This document shows positions 20,211 to 28,355 of a DNA stretch of 46,266 nt, one piece after another; the stretch's first letter is position 1, and every line of letters starts with the position of its first letter. The stretch comes from an uncultured Arthrobacter sp. GTDB lineage: Bacteria; Actinomycetota; Actinomycetes; Actinomycetales; Micrococcaceae. The stretch lies in NCBI RefSeq assembly GCF_937873245.1, contig NZ_CALMVY010000114.1; one strand, given 5' to 3'. The translations under genes and the position numbers were made by a program. The notes under the pieces were generated by a model. The model worked only from the letters and a program-made list of their open reading frames with translations, was not told the DNA's origin and ran no database searches.

Positions 20211-20750
20211 CTAGGGCATGTCTCCTAATTCCTTGAGCCAGATGGTGATGGCGCGGAGGACGACTCCGCCGCGGTAGGTCAGGGCGAGCTTGTCGTAGCG
20301 TGTGGCGAGGCCGCGCCATTGTTTGAAGATGTTGAAGGACCGTTCGACGACGTTTCGTCGCTTGTAGGCTTCCTTGTCCAGCCCTACTGGTCTTCCGCCT
20401 TTGCTGCCGCGGCGTTTGCGGTTCGCTTCCTGATCGGAACGTTCCGGGATCACCGCCTGGATGCCGCGCCGGCGCAGAAGTTCCCTGTTGGCCTTCGAGG
20501 AATAGGCCTTATCCGCCAGGGCCCGGTCCGGGCGGGAACGGGCCCTGCCCGGACCCAGCCGGGGAACGCTGAGGGAGTCCAGCAGGTGCGGGAACATCGG
20601 GGAGTCTCCGCCCTGCCCGGGACCGAGCAACATGACCAGCGGGCGCATCTTGCCGTCGCAGAGGTGATGGATCTTCGTTGTCAGCCCGCCGCGGGACCGC
20701 CCGATCCCGTGGTCAGGCGGTTCCACCAACAGATTCATGTAATTCGACAA
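20211..20750 (-). CDS. IS5 transposase, C-terminal DDE part (orfB)
   Basis: GRSRGGLTTKIH, LADKAYSS, YKRRNVVERSFN..KQWRGLATRYDK. Confidence 0.9.
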   Translation of the reverse strand: MSNYMNLLVEPPDHGIGRSRGGLTTKIHHLCDGKMRPLVMLLGPGQGGDSPMFPHLLDSLSVPRLGPGRARSRPDRALADKAYSSKANRELLRRRGIQAVIPERSDQEANRKRRGSKGGRPVGLDKEAYKRRNVVERSFNIFKQWRGLATRYDKLALTYRGGVVLRAITIWLKELGDMP

Positions 20751-21155
20751 GTCCCCCTGTGTGGCGGGCGAGGTTGGTGGCGTGCTGGTGGGCGCGGTTG
20801 ACCGTGGAATCCATGGAGACCTCCCAATCGATCATCCCCGCCGCGTCAGCCTTCGACAGTATCCGGGAGTGGATCTTGTCCCAGGTTCCGTCGCCGCTGA
20901 AGCGGCGGTGGCGTTTCCAGACTGTCTGCCACGGGCCGAAGGTCTCCGGCAGGTCGCGCCAAGGAATTCCCACTCGGAAGCGGTAGATAATGCCTTCGAC
21001 GATCAGACGGTGGTCTTGGAACGGCCTCCCACGGCTCCCATCGGAGCTGGGCATCAACGGTTCAATCCGCTCCCACTGGGCATCGGTCAGGACTGCAGTA
21101 CGCGACATGATTCCAGCATGCCAAAGCCGACAAGAACCAATTAGGAGACACGCCC
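20214..21155 (-). mobile_element. IS5-family insertion sequence (IS427-like, ~0.94 kb, two ORFs)
   Basis: 17-bp terminal IRs GGGCATGTCTCCTAATT (20214-20230) and AATTAGGAGACACGCCC (21139-21155), 1 mismatch; both ends read CTAG (TA or CTAG duplication). Confidence 0.92.
20713..21108 (-). CDS. IS5 transposase, N-terminal part (orfA, DUF4096-like)
   Basis: LTDAQWERIEPL, GIIYRFRVGIPWRDLPETFGPWQTVWKRHRRFSGDGTW, SMDSTVNRAHQHA. Confidence 0.9.
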   Translation of the reverse strand: MSRTAVLTDAQWERIEPLMPSSDGSRGRPFQDHRLIVEGIIYRFRVGIPWRDLPETFGPWQTVWKRHRRFSGDGTWDKIHSRILSKADAAGMIDWEVSMDSTVNRAHQHATNLARHTGGLVELHESVGGTA

Positions 21156-21706
21156 TAGGCCGGGCTGCTCCCGAATCTGTAGCGCAGCTCCACGATGCCC
21201 CGGCCCATGGTGTGCGTGGAGAGTAACTCCAGCGGCGCCGTCGGCCCCGCGATCGGCAGTACCGCTTTGCCGCTGCCGAGCACCACAGGAATGATCGAGA
21301 TGATGATCTCGTCGAGCGCGCCGGCGTCCGCGAACTGGGCAGCAAGAACCCCGCCGCCGACGATCCAGACGTTCCGGTCCCCGGCGCCGGCCCTGAGGTC
21401 CTCAACGAATTCGGCCACCGGTCCGCGGACGAAGGTCACATCCGCGCCCTTGGGGACTGAATGCTCGTGGTGGGTAAACACCCAGCACGGCGTCGAGGGA
21501 TACGGCCAGGTGTCCGGTTCGTGTTGCCGCAGCCAGGCATAGGTGTCCCCGCCCATCACGATGCAGCCGACATCCGCCATGAAGCCGTCGTAGCTTTCCT
21601 GGCCGCCGGCGAAACCGTCGAACTGGAGCAACCAGTCCAGATTGTCGTCGCCGGTGGCGATGAATCCGTCCAGCGAGGACGCCACAAAATACTGGAAACT
21701 AGGCAT
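21155..21706 (-). CDS. dihydrofolate reductase/RibD C-terminal family protein
   Basis: ASSLDGFIA, VMGG.TY, VWIVGGG, DEIIISIIPVVLGSG; leaderless (TAGGCT-6 nt-ATG). Confidence 0.9.
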   Translation of the reverse strand: MPSFQYFVASSLDGFIATGDDNLDWLLQFDGFAGGQESYDGFMADVGCIVMGGDTYAWLRQHEPDTWPYPSTPCWVFTHHEHSVPKGADVTFVRGPVAEFVEDLRAGAGDRNVWIVGGGVLAAQFADAGALDEIIISIIPVVLGSGKAVLPIAGPTAPLELLSTHTMGRGIVELRYRFGSSPA

Positions 21707-21792
21707 GGCCCCAGCCTAGCCAATCCGCGCGGGGGTGCCCATCCTGCAAGCGCGGCGGCACGGGTGCGGTGAGCGCTCCGGCGCCCTGCCGG

Positions 21793-21899
21793 CTGCTTGC
21801 TGAAGGGAATGATCAGGTAGAGCCCGAACAGCACGGCCAGCCCGCACAGGCCGAAGCATACGTACGCGAGCGGCCGCAGCCACGACGGCTTCCTTTCAC
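21793..21899 (-). pseudogene. Remnant of a small membrane protein gene downstream of PiT
   Basis: Hydrophobic segment KPSWLRPLAYVCFGLCGLAVLFGLYLIIPFSK is out of frame with the GTG (21899) that overlaps the PiT stop; no nearby stop. Confidence 0.45.
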
Positions 21900-22765
21900 T
21901 CGTCCTTGGCCCTGCTGACAGACATGGCGTTTTTCTTTTTGCGGAACCGCACAGCCTGGCCGGCCTGGTCGACCTCGACGGCGTTGTGGTGTCCCACATG
22001 CGATTTCTTCGAGTGCAGGAACATGTACAGGACCGCACCGGTGCCGGCCACGGCGGCGATGACAACGCCCACGACGCCGGTCTGCACCAGCAGGGCGGTG
22101 AGGGCCCCCACGATTCCGGCGGCGGGGAGGGTGAAGAGCCAGCCGAGGGCAATCCTTCCGGCGGTCCCCCAGCGGACGCTGGTGCCGCGGCGTCCCATGC
22201 CCGACCCGATGACGGAGCCGGAGGCCACCTGGGTGGTGGACAGTGCAAATCCAAGGTGCGAGGAGGCGAGGATGGCCGAGGCCGTGCTGCTCTCGGCCGC
22301 GAACCCCTGGGCCGGCTTGACCTCGGTGAGGCCGGACCCCATGGTGCGGATGATCCGCCAGCCACCGGAGTACGTGCCGATCGCGATGGCGAAGGCACAG
22401 GAGGCAATGACCCAGAACTGCGGTCCGGACCCTGGCTCCTGGGTGCCCGCGGCGATCAGCACGAGGGTGATGATGCCCATGGTCTTTTGTGCGTCGTTGG
22501 TGCCGTGCGCGAGGGCCACGAGGCTGGAGGTGAAGATCTGGCCGGTGCGGAAGCCGCCGCGCTTCTGCGTGAGCTTGCTGCCCGATTCCGGGTCGTGCCG
22601 GGACGTCAGCGCGTAGGCCAGCTTCGTGCACAGGTACGCCACGACACCGGCGATGATCGGCGCGAAGATCGCGGGGAGGATCACCTTCTGCATGAGGCTC
22701 TCAAAGTTGATCGAGTGGATGCCGATGCCGATGCCGGCGATGGCGGCGACGGTCAGAGGTTTCAT
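21896..22765 (-). pseudogene. PiT-family inorganic phosphate transporter, 5'-truncated
   Basis: C-terminal HGTNDAQK, GGWRIIRTMG and LSTTQV motifs present; N-terminal G-x-[HN]-D signature and P-x-SSSH segment absent; only 289 codons. Confidence 0.75.
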
Positions 22766-22905
22766 TCCCCGCTGCCGGCATCGTCCATCCCGGGTTAATC
22801 AGGAGGATGTGCGGCGTTCAGCAAAGTAGCCTGACGCGTCAAAGGGCAGGGGCAAAGGCAACAGGGCAAAACAAGCGCCGGAGACGGCGGTGGGCGGCGC
22901 TTCCG

Positions 22906-23589
22906 TCAGCCGTGGTGCAGGTCCGGCGTCTTCCCGGCGTCGATCATGCCGGCGATTTTCTCCTCCAGTGCGGCCAGGGTGGCGTCCGGCAGCACAATCA
23001 GTCCGTCCAGTTCACGCCTGGCACGCTTGTACGCCGTTTGCCGTTCCGCCGGTGTCGCGCCGGCATCCGAGGCGATCCGCAGCAGCTTCCGGGCGGTCGC
23101 GAGGCGCTCCCGTTCCGGTCCGGTGAAGTTGCTGTCCTTTATCCGCCGGGCTTCGCGTTCCGCGACGTCGAAGGCCAGTTCGTAGCTGTTGACGGCCTCG
23201 CGGTACTCCGCCAGCCGCGCCGCCGTCGTGATGTCCCCGGGGACTCCCGGGCGCAGGCCGTCCGCCAGCCGCTTCGCCCGGAGAAAGGCCACGGTCAAGG
23301 GTTCACGCACATCGGTCATGACCGGAAAGTCGATGAGCTTTCCCACGTCCAGCTCGTAGTCCAGCCACCGCCGGTTGACGGCGTCGTGGCTGTCCATGAG
23401 CTGCCGGACCTGGGGCTGGCTGGCCTGCTCCGCCTTCACGGCCTGGTTGCGGAGCTTATAGAGCTCCACCCGGCGGCGGTGCCGGCGTTCGCTGGCCCTG
23501 GACCAGGAGCGCGCCCACCCGCCGAACAGCCCGCTCACCGGGAAGATAAGCCACCAGAAGTTGCCGACGAAATCGAAGAAGGGCTCCAC
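22906..23589 (-). CDS. Hypothetical protein with N-terminal hydrophobic anchor and helical body
   Basis: 227 aa, FWWLIFPV N-terminus, GGAGG upstream, GC3-rich codons. Confidence 0.7.
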   Translation of the reverse strand: MEPFFDFVGNFWWLIFPVSGLFGGWARSWSRASERRHRRRVELYKLRNQAVKAEQASQPQVRQLMDSHDAVNRRWLDYELDVGKLIDFPVMTDVREPLTVAFLRAKRLADGLRPGVPGDITTAARLAEYREAVNSYELAFDVAEREARRIKDSNFTGPERERLATARKLLRIASDAGATPAERQTAYKRARRELDGLIVLPDATLAALEEKIAGMIDAGKTPDLHHG

Positions 23590-23694
23590 TGCATCATCCT
23601 CCCACCCGCCCCGGACAGGCTCAAGGGTCCTCTCACGGGGGGAGCCCCCTCGGTTGAGGAGGATCCCCCGCTGACGGACAGCCGCGCGCGGCTT

Positions 23695-24564
23695 TCAGTC
23701 CTCGTGCTTCACCTTGTGCACCCGCGTGACAATGGTCGGGCACGGCAAGTTGAGGAGCACGGCGTGGGCCGTTGAGCCGAGCACCATCCGGGAGAAGCCA
23801 CCACGGCCGCGGCTGCCGATCACAAGGAGCCGGGCCTCCTTGGCTGCTTCGACCAGTGCCTTGGCGGGTTCGGTGTCGGCCTCCAGCTGCTGGTGGACCA
23901 CGAGGTCCGGGTACTTGTCACCCAGCCCGGCGACGGACTCCGCCAGGACAATCCGGTCCTCCTCGAGGATCGATTCGGCGAGACCGCTCTTCGGCAGCTG
24001 GTTTTCGACCCAGCGGGCCGGCCTGCGGAAGGCGAGAACCACGGTCAACTCGTCGCCGCCCTTGTCTGCTTCCGCGGCGGCGAAATCGACGGCCTGCAGG
24101 GACTCTTCGGAGCCGTCCACCCCCACCACGACGCCGGTGGCCCCGGCTCCGCGCTTCAGCGGGATTACGGCGGCGGGGATTTCCGAGGCGGAGACGATCT
24201 GCAGGGCCCGGTCCGTCAGCGGCCCGCCGTCCATCCAGTGCTTGTCATGTTCGCCCACCACCACCAGGGAGGCTTCTTTGGATACCTCCCGCAGGACGGA
24301 GCCGCCGCTGCCGTGGCGAAGCTGGACGTCCACCTTCACGTCGGGTGCCTGCTCGCTGGCGCTGGCCTGCGCCGTCTGGAGCAGTTCCATGCCCGCTTGC
24401 CTGATGATCTCGTGGTACTGGAAATCAGGAGAAATCCAGCGGTCGTCTACTGCGTGGATGGCGATGACCGGAAGCTTGTCCCGGGCCGCCCGCTGCAGGG
24501 CCCACGTCAGCGCGGCCTCGCTTCCGGCTGATCCGTTGACACCGACGACGATTGGCTTGTTCAT
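23695..24564 (-). CDS. Universal stress protein (tandem USP domains)
   Basis: IVVGVNGS and VVVGVDGS N-motifs, GSRGRGGFSRMVLGSTA ATP-binding motif; start ATG 24564. Confidence 0.92.
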   Translation of the reverse strand: MNKPIVVGVNGSAGSEAALTWALQRAARDKLPVIAIHAVDDRWISPDFQYHEIIRQAGMELLQTAQASASEQAPDVKVDVQLRHGSGGSVLREVSKEASLVVVGEHDKHWMDGGPLTDRALQIVSASEIPAAVIPLKRGAGATGVVVGVDGSEESLQAVDFAAAEADKGGDELTVVLAFRRPARWVENQLPKSGLAESILEEDRIVLAESVAGLGDKYPDLVVHQQLEADTEPAKALVEAAKEARLLVIGSRGRGGFSRMVLGSTAHAVLLNLPCPTIVTRVHKVKHED

Positions 24565-24685
24565 TCTGAATCCTGCTCTTTTCCGGGGCGCGGACAATAT
24601 GGCGCGGACAATTGTGCATCGCATGATGGGGCGGCGGCACCGTAGCCCGCCGACACTTCAGTGTGCGCCGGGCCCTTACCAGCGG

Positions 24686-24705
24686 TTAGGGCCTTAAGCC
24701 CCTCA
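24686..24705. promoter_or_regulatory. DosR/DevR-like palindromic box between divergent usp and membrane-protein genes
   Basis: TTAGGGCCTTAAGCCCCTCA, 16/20 to TTAGGGACTAAAGTCCCTAA; centre 30.5 bp from both TACCGT (+, 24726) and CACACT (-, 24665). Confidence 0.6.
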
Positions 24706-24737
24706 CTGCCCCTGCGCGCCGCACGTACCGTCGACCC

Positions 24738-25508
24738 ATGGAGCAGGGAGCACTCAGCGGCTTGCTCTCCGCAGCCCTCGGCGTGGCCGGCGGCTTGCTG
24801 GAAGGGGCGCTGACCGGGCCTTGGCCGGACGCCGCGGACCCCGGCTACGCGGACTATCTGGCGGCGAACCGCGCCCCGATCCTCGCCCAGAGCATGCTCT
24901 TCGTTTTCAGCTCCGCCGCGCTGCTCTGGTTCCTCGGCTTCGTCCGGGCCCGGCTGGCCCGCGCCGAGCCGGTTCCGGGCACGGTGTCGGGCATCGCCTT
25001 CGCCGCCGGGGTGCTGGCCGTGGGCCTGAATATCCTGGGCCAGGCCGCCCAGATCACGTTGACGCTGCCCTCTCAGGCCCGGATCCCCCCGGACGTCGCT
25101 GCCGCTGTGGCGGACCTGTGCCTCGTCACCCTGAACCTGGCCAACCTGCCCGCAGGAGTGATGTTCCTGGCCATCGCGCTGCTGTCCTTGCGCCTCCGGG
25201 CCTATCCCCGGTGGCTGGGCTGGATTGCCGCCGCGGCGGCCGCGGCGGCGTTCGTTTCCACCCTGTCGCTGGTCCCCGCGGACGGGCCGCTGTCCCCGAC
25301 CGGCGCCCTGACCACCGCACTGCGGCTGGTGCCGCTGCTCTGGTACGTCCCGGCCGCCGTCGTGATGCTCCGGCGGCCCGGGCTCCCGCCGCGGACGGCG
25401 GTTTCGAAGCCGGTGGGTTCGGTCTCGAACTCCGGCTCCCGCGGGGGTCCCTCATGGTGCACGGGGCGCAGCGCGGCGGTGCGCTCGAACCAGATCAGCG
25501 CGTCGTAG
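24738..25508 (+). CDS. Hypothetical multi-pass membrane protein (DUF4386-like)
   Basis: ~6 hydrophobic helices, YPRWLGWI motif, leaderless (TACCGT-6 nt-ATG); 3' end overlaps the convergent gene. Confidence 0.65.
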   Translation: MEQGALSGLLSAALGVAGGLLEGALTGPWPDAADPGYADYLAANRAPILAQSMLFVFSSAALLWFLGFVRARLARAEPVPGTVSGIAFAAGVLAVGLNILGQAAQITLTLPSQARIPPDVAAAVADLCLVTLNLANLPAGVMFLAIALLSLRLRAYPRWLGWIAAAAAAAAFVSTLSLVPADGPLSPTGALTTALRLVPLLWYVPAAVVMLRRPGLPPRTAVSKPVGSVSNSGSRGGPSWCTGRSAAVRSNQISAS

Positions 25509-26716
25509 CGGTCGCCAATGCGGGTCGGAACGTAGTCTCCCAGCTCCCGCTCGGGATGGTAGACCACTCCGATTGCCCGGTGGCCGAGCCAGGTGGAAAG
25601 CCACGGCCCGGATCTGTCCTCGCCGAAGTCCAGCACCGACGGCACGCCCAGGGCCTCGTGCAGGAAATCTTCGTGGCTGCCCGCGCGCGCCGGCGGAACC
25701 GGGAGGATCCGTTCCGGGCGGCCCCAGGCATCCGCCGCGATCACCTCGCCCCGGTGGGAGGCGAGGCCCACCAGCATCACACCATCCGCGGCGTGCCGTT
25801 CGCGCAGCAGCTGCCCCACGTTGACCAGCCCGTCCTGGGCCATGTCCGTGGCCCGGGCGTCCCCCACATGGGTGTTGTGCTCCCAGATAAGGCCCTTGGA
25901 CTCGGGACCGAGGTGCTTGCTGAGCCTGTCGATGGTGTCGGCCATGTGGTGGTCCCGGATGTTCCAGGACCGGCGGTCGCCGCGGACCATGATCCGGTAG
26001 TAGTGCTCGGCGTTCGCAGCCACCTCGGCGTTCTGCACCGCATCGAACGCCGCCTCGTCGTGGTCGCCCGGACTGGACACCCGGTTCCTGACTTCGGTGA
26101 GGAGGGCGATGACGTCGGCTTCACAGGACTGTGGGACCAGCCGGGTGCTCCAGGCGTACTTGTGCGGGTCCTCGTGGTGGGGCAGGAAGCATTCCCAGGC
26201 GCGCATGGCCGCCGGGACCGCTTCGGGGTCGTTGTCCTCCAGCCAGCCGATGATCTCGCGGAGCGAATCCCACAGGGAGTACACATCGAGTCCGTAGAAC
26301 CCGACGCGCCGGCTCAGCGGACGGCCGAGATTCCAGGTGCGCAGCCAGTCCAGGAACGCGGCGATTTCCTCGTTCGCCCACATCCAGGTTGGCCAGCGTT
26401 CAAAGCCGGCGAGCAGGGCATGGACGCCCAGGTCCCGTCCCGTCTCGCCCCGCACCCAGCCGTTGATCCGCCAGCAGTCGGGCCAGTCCCCTTCCACTCC
26501 GATCCAGTTGTATCCTTCCTCTTCGATCAGGCGCCTGCTGAGCGTGTCACGCCAGGTGTAGAACTCGTGTGTGCCGTGGGAGGCTTCGCCGATGGCGACG
26601 AACCGGCAGTCCGCCGCGCGCCGGACCAGGCCGTTGAGGTCGCGGTCGGACGTCAGCGGCCGGGCCAGCGAGTGGATTTCGGCCAGGACCGCTGACCGTC
26701 GGACGCCGGACGTCAC
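25202..26716 (-). CDS. Erythromycin-esterase-family protein (Rv2030c C-terminal-like)
   Basis: IGEASHGTHEFY, VEGDWPD, FERWPTWMWAN, FYGLDVYS, WNIRDHHM, WEHNTHVGDARAT, RAIGVVY; GTG overlaps the upstream TGA; C-terminus probably read-through. Confidence 0.88.
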   Translation of the reverse strand: MTSGVRRSAVLAEIHSLARPLTSDRDLNGLVRRAADCRFVAIGEASHGTHEFYTWRDTLSRRLIEEEGYNWIGVEGDWPDCWRINGWVRGETGRDLGVHALLAGFERWPTWMWANEEIAAFLDWLRTWNLGRPLSRRVGFYGLDVYSLWDSLREIIGWLEDNDPEAVPAAMRAWECFLPHHEDPHKYAWSTRLVPQSCEADVIALLTEVRNRVSSPGDHDEAAFDAVQNAEVAANAEHYYRIMVRGDRRSWNIRDHHMADTIDRLSKHLGPESKGLIWEHNTHVGDARATDMAQDGLVNVGQLLRERHAADGVMLVGLASHRGEVIAADAWGRPERILPVPPARAGSHEDFLHEALGVPSVLDFGEDRSGPWLSTWLGHRAIGVVYHPERELGDYVPTRIGDRYDALIWFERTAALRPVHHEGPPREPEFETEPTGFETAVRGGSPGRRSITTAAGTYQSSGTSRSAVVRAPVGDSGPSAGTSDRVETNAAAAAAAAIQPSHRG

Positions 26717-28095
26717 CGGGGGTCCTCGAGGGAGATCTTTTCGAGGTGCTCCGGAACCCGCGCACGCCAGCCCAGCTCACGCTTGATCCTCAGGCGCAGG
26801 GCATCCGATGCGTCGGGTTCGCCGTGGGTGATGTACGTCATCCGGGGTTCCCTTTCCGCGGTCTTCATCCACGCGATGATTCCGTCTGCGTCGGCGTGCG
26901 CGGACAGGCTTTCCATCTGGACCACTTCAGCCCGGATTCTGATGTCCTCGCCGTAGATGCGGAGCTCGCGCTCACCGGCGGCGAGGGAGGCGCCACGGGT
27001 GCCGCCGGCCTGGTAGCCGCTGAGGACCACGGCATTCTTCGGGTCCGGCCCGTAGGCGGCAAGGTGGTGCAGGATCCTGCCGCCGGTGAGCATTCCGCTG
27101 GCGGAGATGATGATCATCGGGCCGCCGCGCAGGTTCAGGAGCTTGGATTCGTCCACGGAGCGGGTGAGCTTGGCGAGTTTGTACATGTTCAGGTATTCCT
27201 GCTCTTTGAGCCGGTGCTCCTCGGGGTGCCGCTGGTACATTCCGGACGCGTCAATGGCCATCGGACTGTTGAGGTACACGGGGATGTCCGGGATGAGGTT
27301 CTTGCTCCGGAGGCGGGACAGGTGCAGCATCAGCGTTTCGGCGCGGCCGACGGCGAACGCGGCGAACAGCACCACGCCTCCGCGCTTCGCGACCCGGTTG
27401 ATGATCTCCCCCAGCTGCTGTTCGGGATCGACCGTGGAGTGCGCCCGGTTCCCGTAGGTGGACTCCGTGACCAGGACGTCGGCCTCGCCCAGGGGCCGGG
27501 GCGGCTTCATCAGCGGGTCGTCCGTCCGCCCCAGATCCCCGGTGAAATGCACAGAATACGGGCCGATCCGCACCCGGACCTGGGCGGCACCCAGGATATG
27601 GCCCGCCGGCAGGAACGTCATTTCCATCCCTCCGCCCAGATCCAGGGGATCGTCGAAATCGTGGATCTTGAAGCTGTTGAGGGACTTGACGGCGTCGGCC
27701 GCGGTGTAGATCGGCAGCGCCGGACTGTGCCTGGACGATCCCCGGTGCGTGGCGTAGCGGGCCTCCTCCTCCTGCAGGTAACCGCTGTCGGGGAGGAGGA
27801 GCTTGCAGAGGTCCGTGGTGCCGTCGGTGGCGATGACTGGTCCGCTGAACCCATCCCGCACCAGCGCGGGAACGTAGCCGGTGTGGTCCAGGTGCGCGTG
27901 GGTCAAAACCACGGCGTTGATCGAGTGCGGGGGGACTGGGAAGGGCGCGCGGTTGCGTTCGCGGCTGCGTTTGTAGCCCTGGAAGAGCCCGCAGTCCACG
28001 AGCACCCGTTTCCCTCCGGCGTCGAGCAGGTACCTGGAGCCGGTGACCGTGTCGGTGGCTCCGAGGAAACGGAGGGTGGGCTGCTGGTGTTTCAT
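26713..28095 (-). CDS. MBL-fold beta-CASP ribonuclease (TTHA0252/YSH1-like)
   Basis: VDCGLFQG, THAHLDHTG, AGHILG, FTGDLG, ESTYG, AFAVGR, SGMLTGGR, SAHAD, THGE; start ATG 28095. Confidence 0.92.
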   Translation of the reverse strand: MKHQQPTLRFLGATDTVTGSRYLLDAGGKRVLVDCGLFQGYKRSRERNRAPFPVPPHSINAVVLTHAHLDHTGYVPALVRDGFSGPVIATDGTTDLCKLLLPDSGYLQEEEARYATHRGSSRHSPALPIYTAADAVKSLNSFKIHDFDDPLDLGGGMEMTFLPAGHILGAAQVRVRIGPYSVHFTGDLGRTDDPLMKPPRPLGEADVLVTESTYGNRAHSTVDPEQQLGEIINRVAKRGGVVLFAAFAVGRAETLMLHLSRLRSKNLIPDIPVYLNSPMAIDASGMYQRHPEEHRLKEQEYLNMYKLAKLTRSVDESKLLNLRGGPMIIISASGMLTGGRILHHLAAYGPDPKNAVVLSGYQAGGTRGASLAAGERELRIYGEDIRIRAEVVQMESLSAHADADGIIAWMKTAEREPRMTYITHGEPDASDALRLRIKRELGWRARVPEHLEKISLEDPR

Positions 28096-28197
28096 GGTGC
28101 TCCCGTTCCCGCCTGGCGTGGCCTGCCGCGACATGCAGGAGCACGGCTGACCCGCGCCGGTGACATACCCCAGCTTCCGCCCGCGCGGGGCTGGCAC

Positions 28198-28217
28198 CTA
28201 GGGCCGAAAGTCACCAA
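28198..28217. promoter_or_regulatory. DosR/DevR-like box upstream of the beta-CASP/esterase operon
   Basis: CTAGGGCCGAAAGTCACCAA (15/20); minus-strand GAAGCT -10-like hexamer starts 30.5 bp from its centre (28177). Confidence 0.5.
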
Positions 28218-28302
28218 CGCCCCGCGTCCACACGGGCACGGCCGCAGGCCTGGCCCCGGCCACGGCGGCACAGCCGCGCCCCGGCACCGGTAAGATTTTC
28301 CG

Positions 28303-28322
28303 GCAGGGTCTTTGGCCCGCGA
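28303..28322. promoter_or_regulatory. Weaker DosR/DevR-like box upstream of fadD
   Basis: GCAGGGTCTTTGGCCCGCGA; centre 43.5 bp upstream of the ATG at 28356. Confidence 0.35.
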
Positions 28323-28355
28323 AAACCCGGCGGATTCCAGTGGCAAGGACGGATC

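Noticed and set aside
20214..20223. IS5 IR (GGGCATGTCT) as the source of the GGGCATGTCCC repeats
   Set aside because: Only ~9 bp shared, with opposite polarity relative to the element end, and no CTAG flanks on the repeats; probably coincidental, though worth rechecking genome-wide
23636..23670. usp terminator hairpin
   Set aside because: Imperfect GC stem with no U-tract; not supported well enough to list
25202..26716. Macrolide resistance gene ereA/ereB
   Set aside because: Motifs (WPTWMWAN, HNTHVGDARAT) fit the Rv2030c-like subfamily; resistance cannot be inferred
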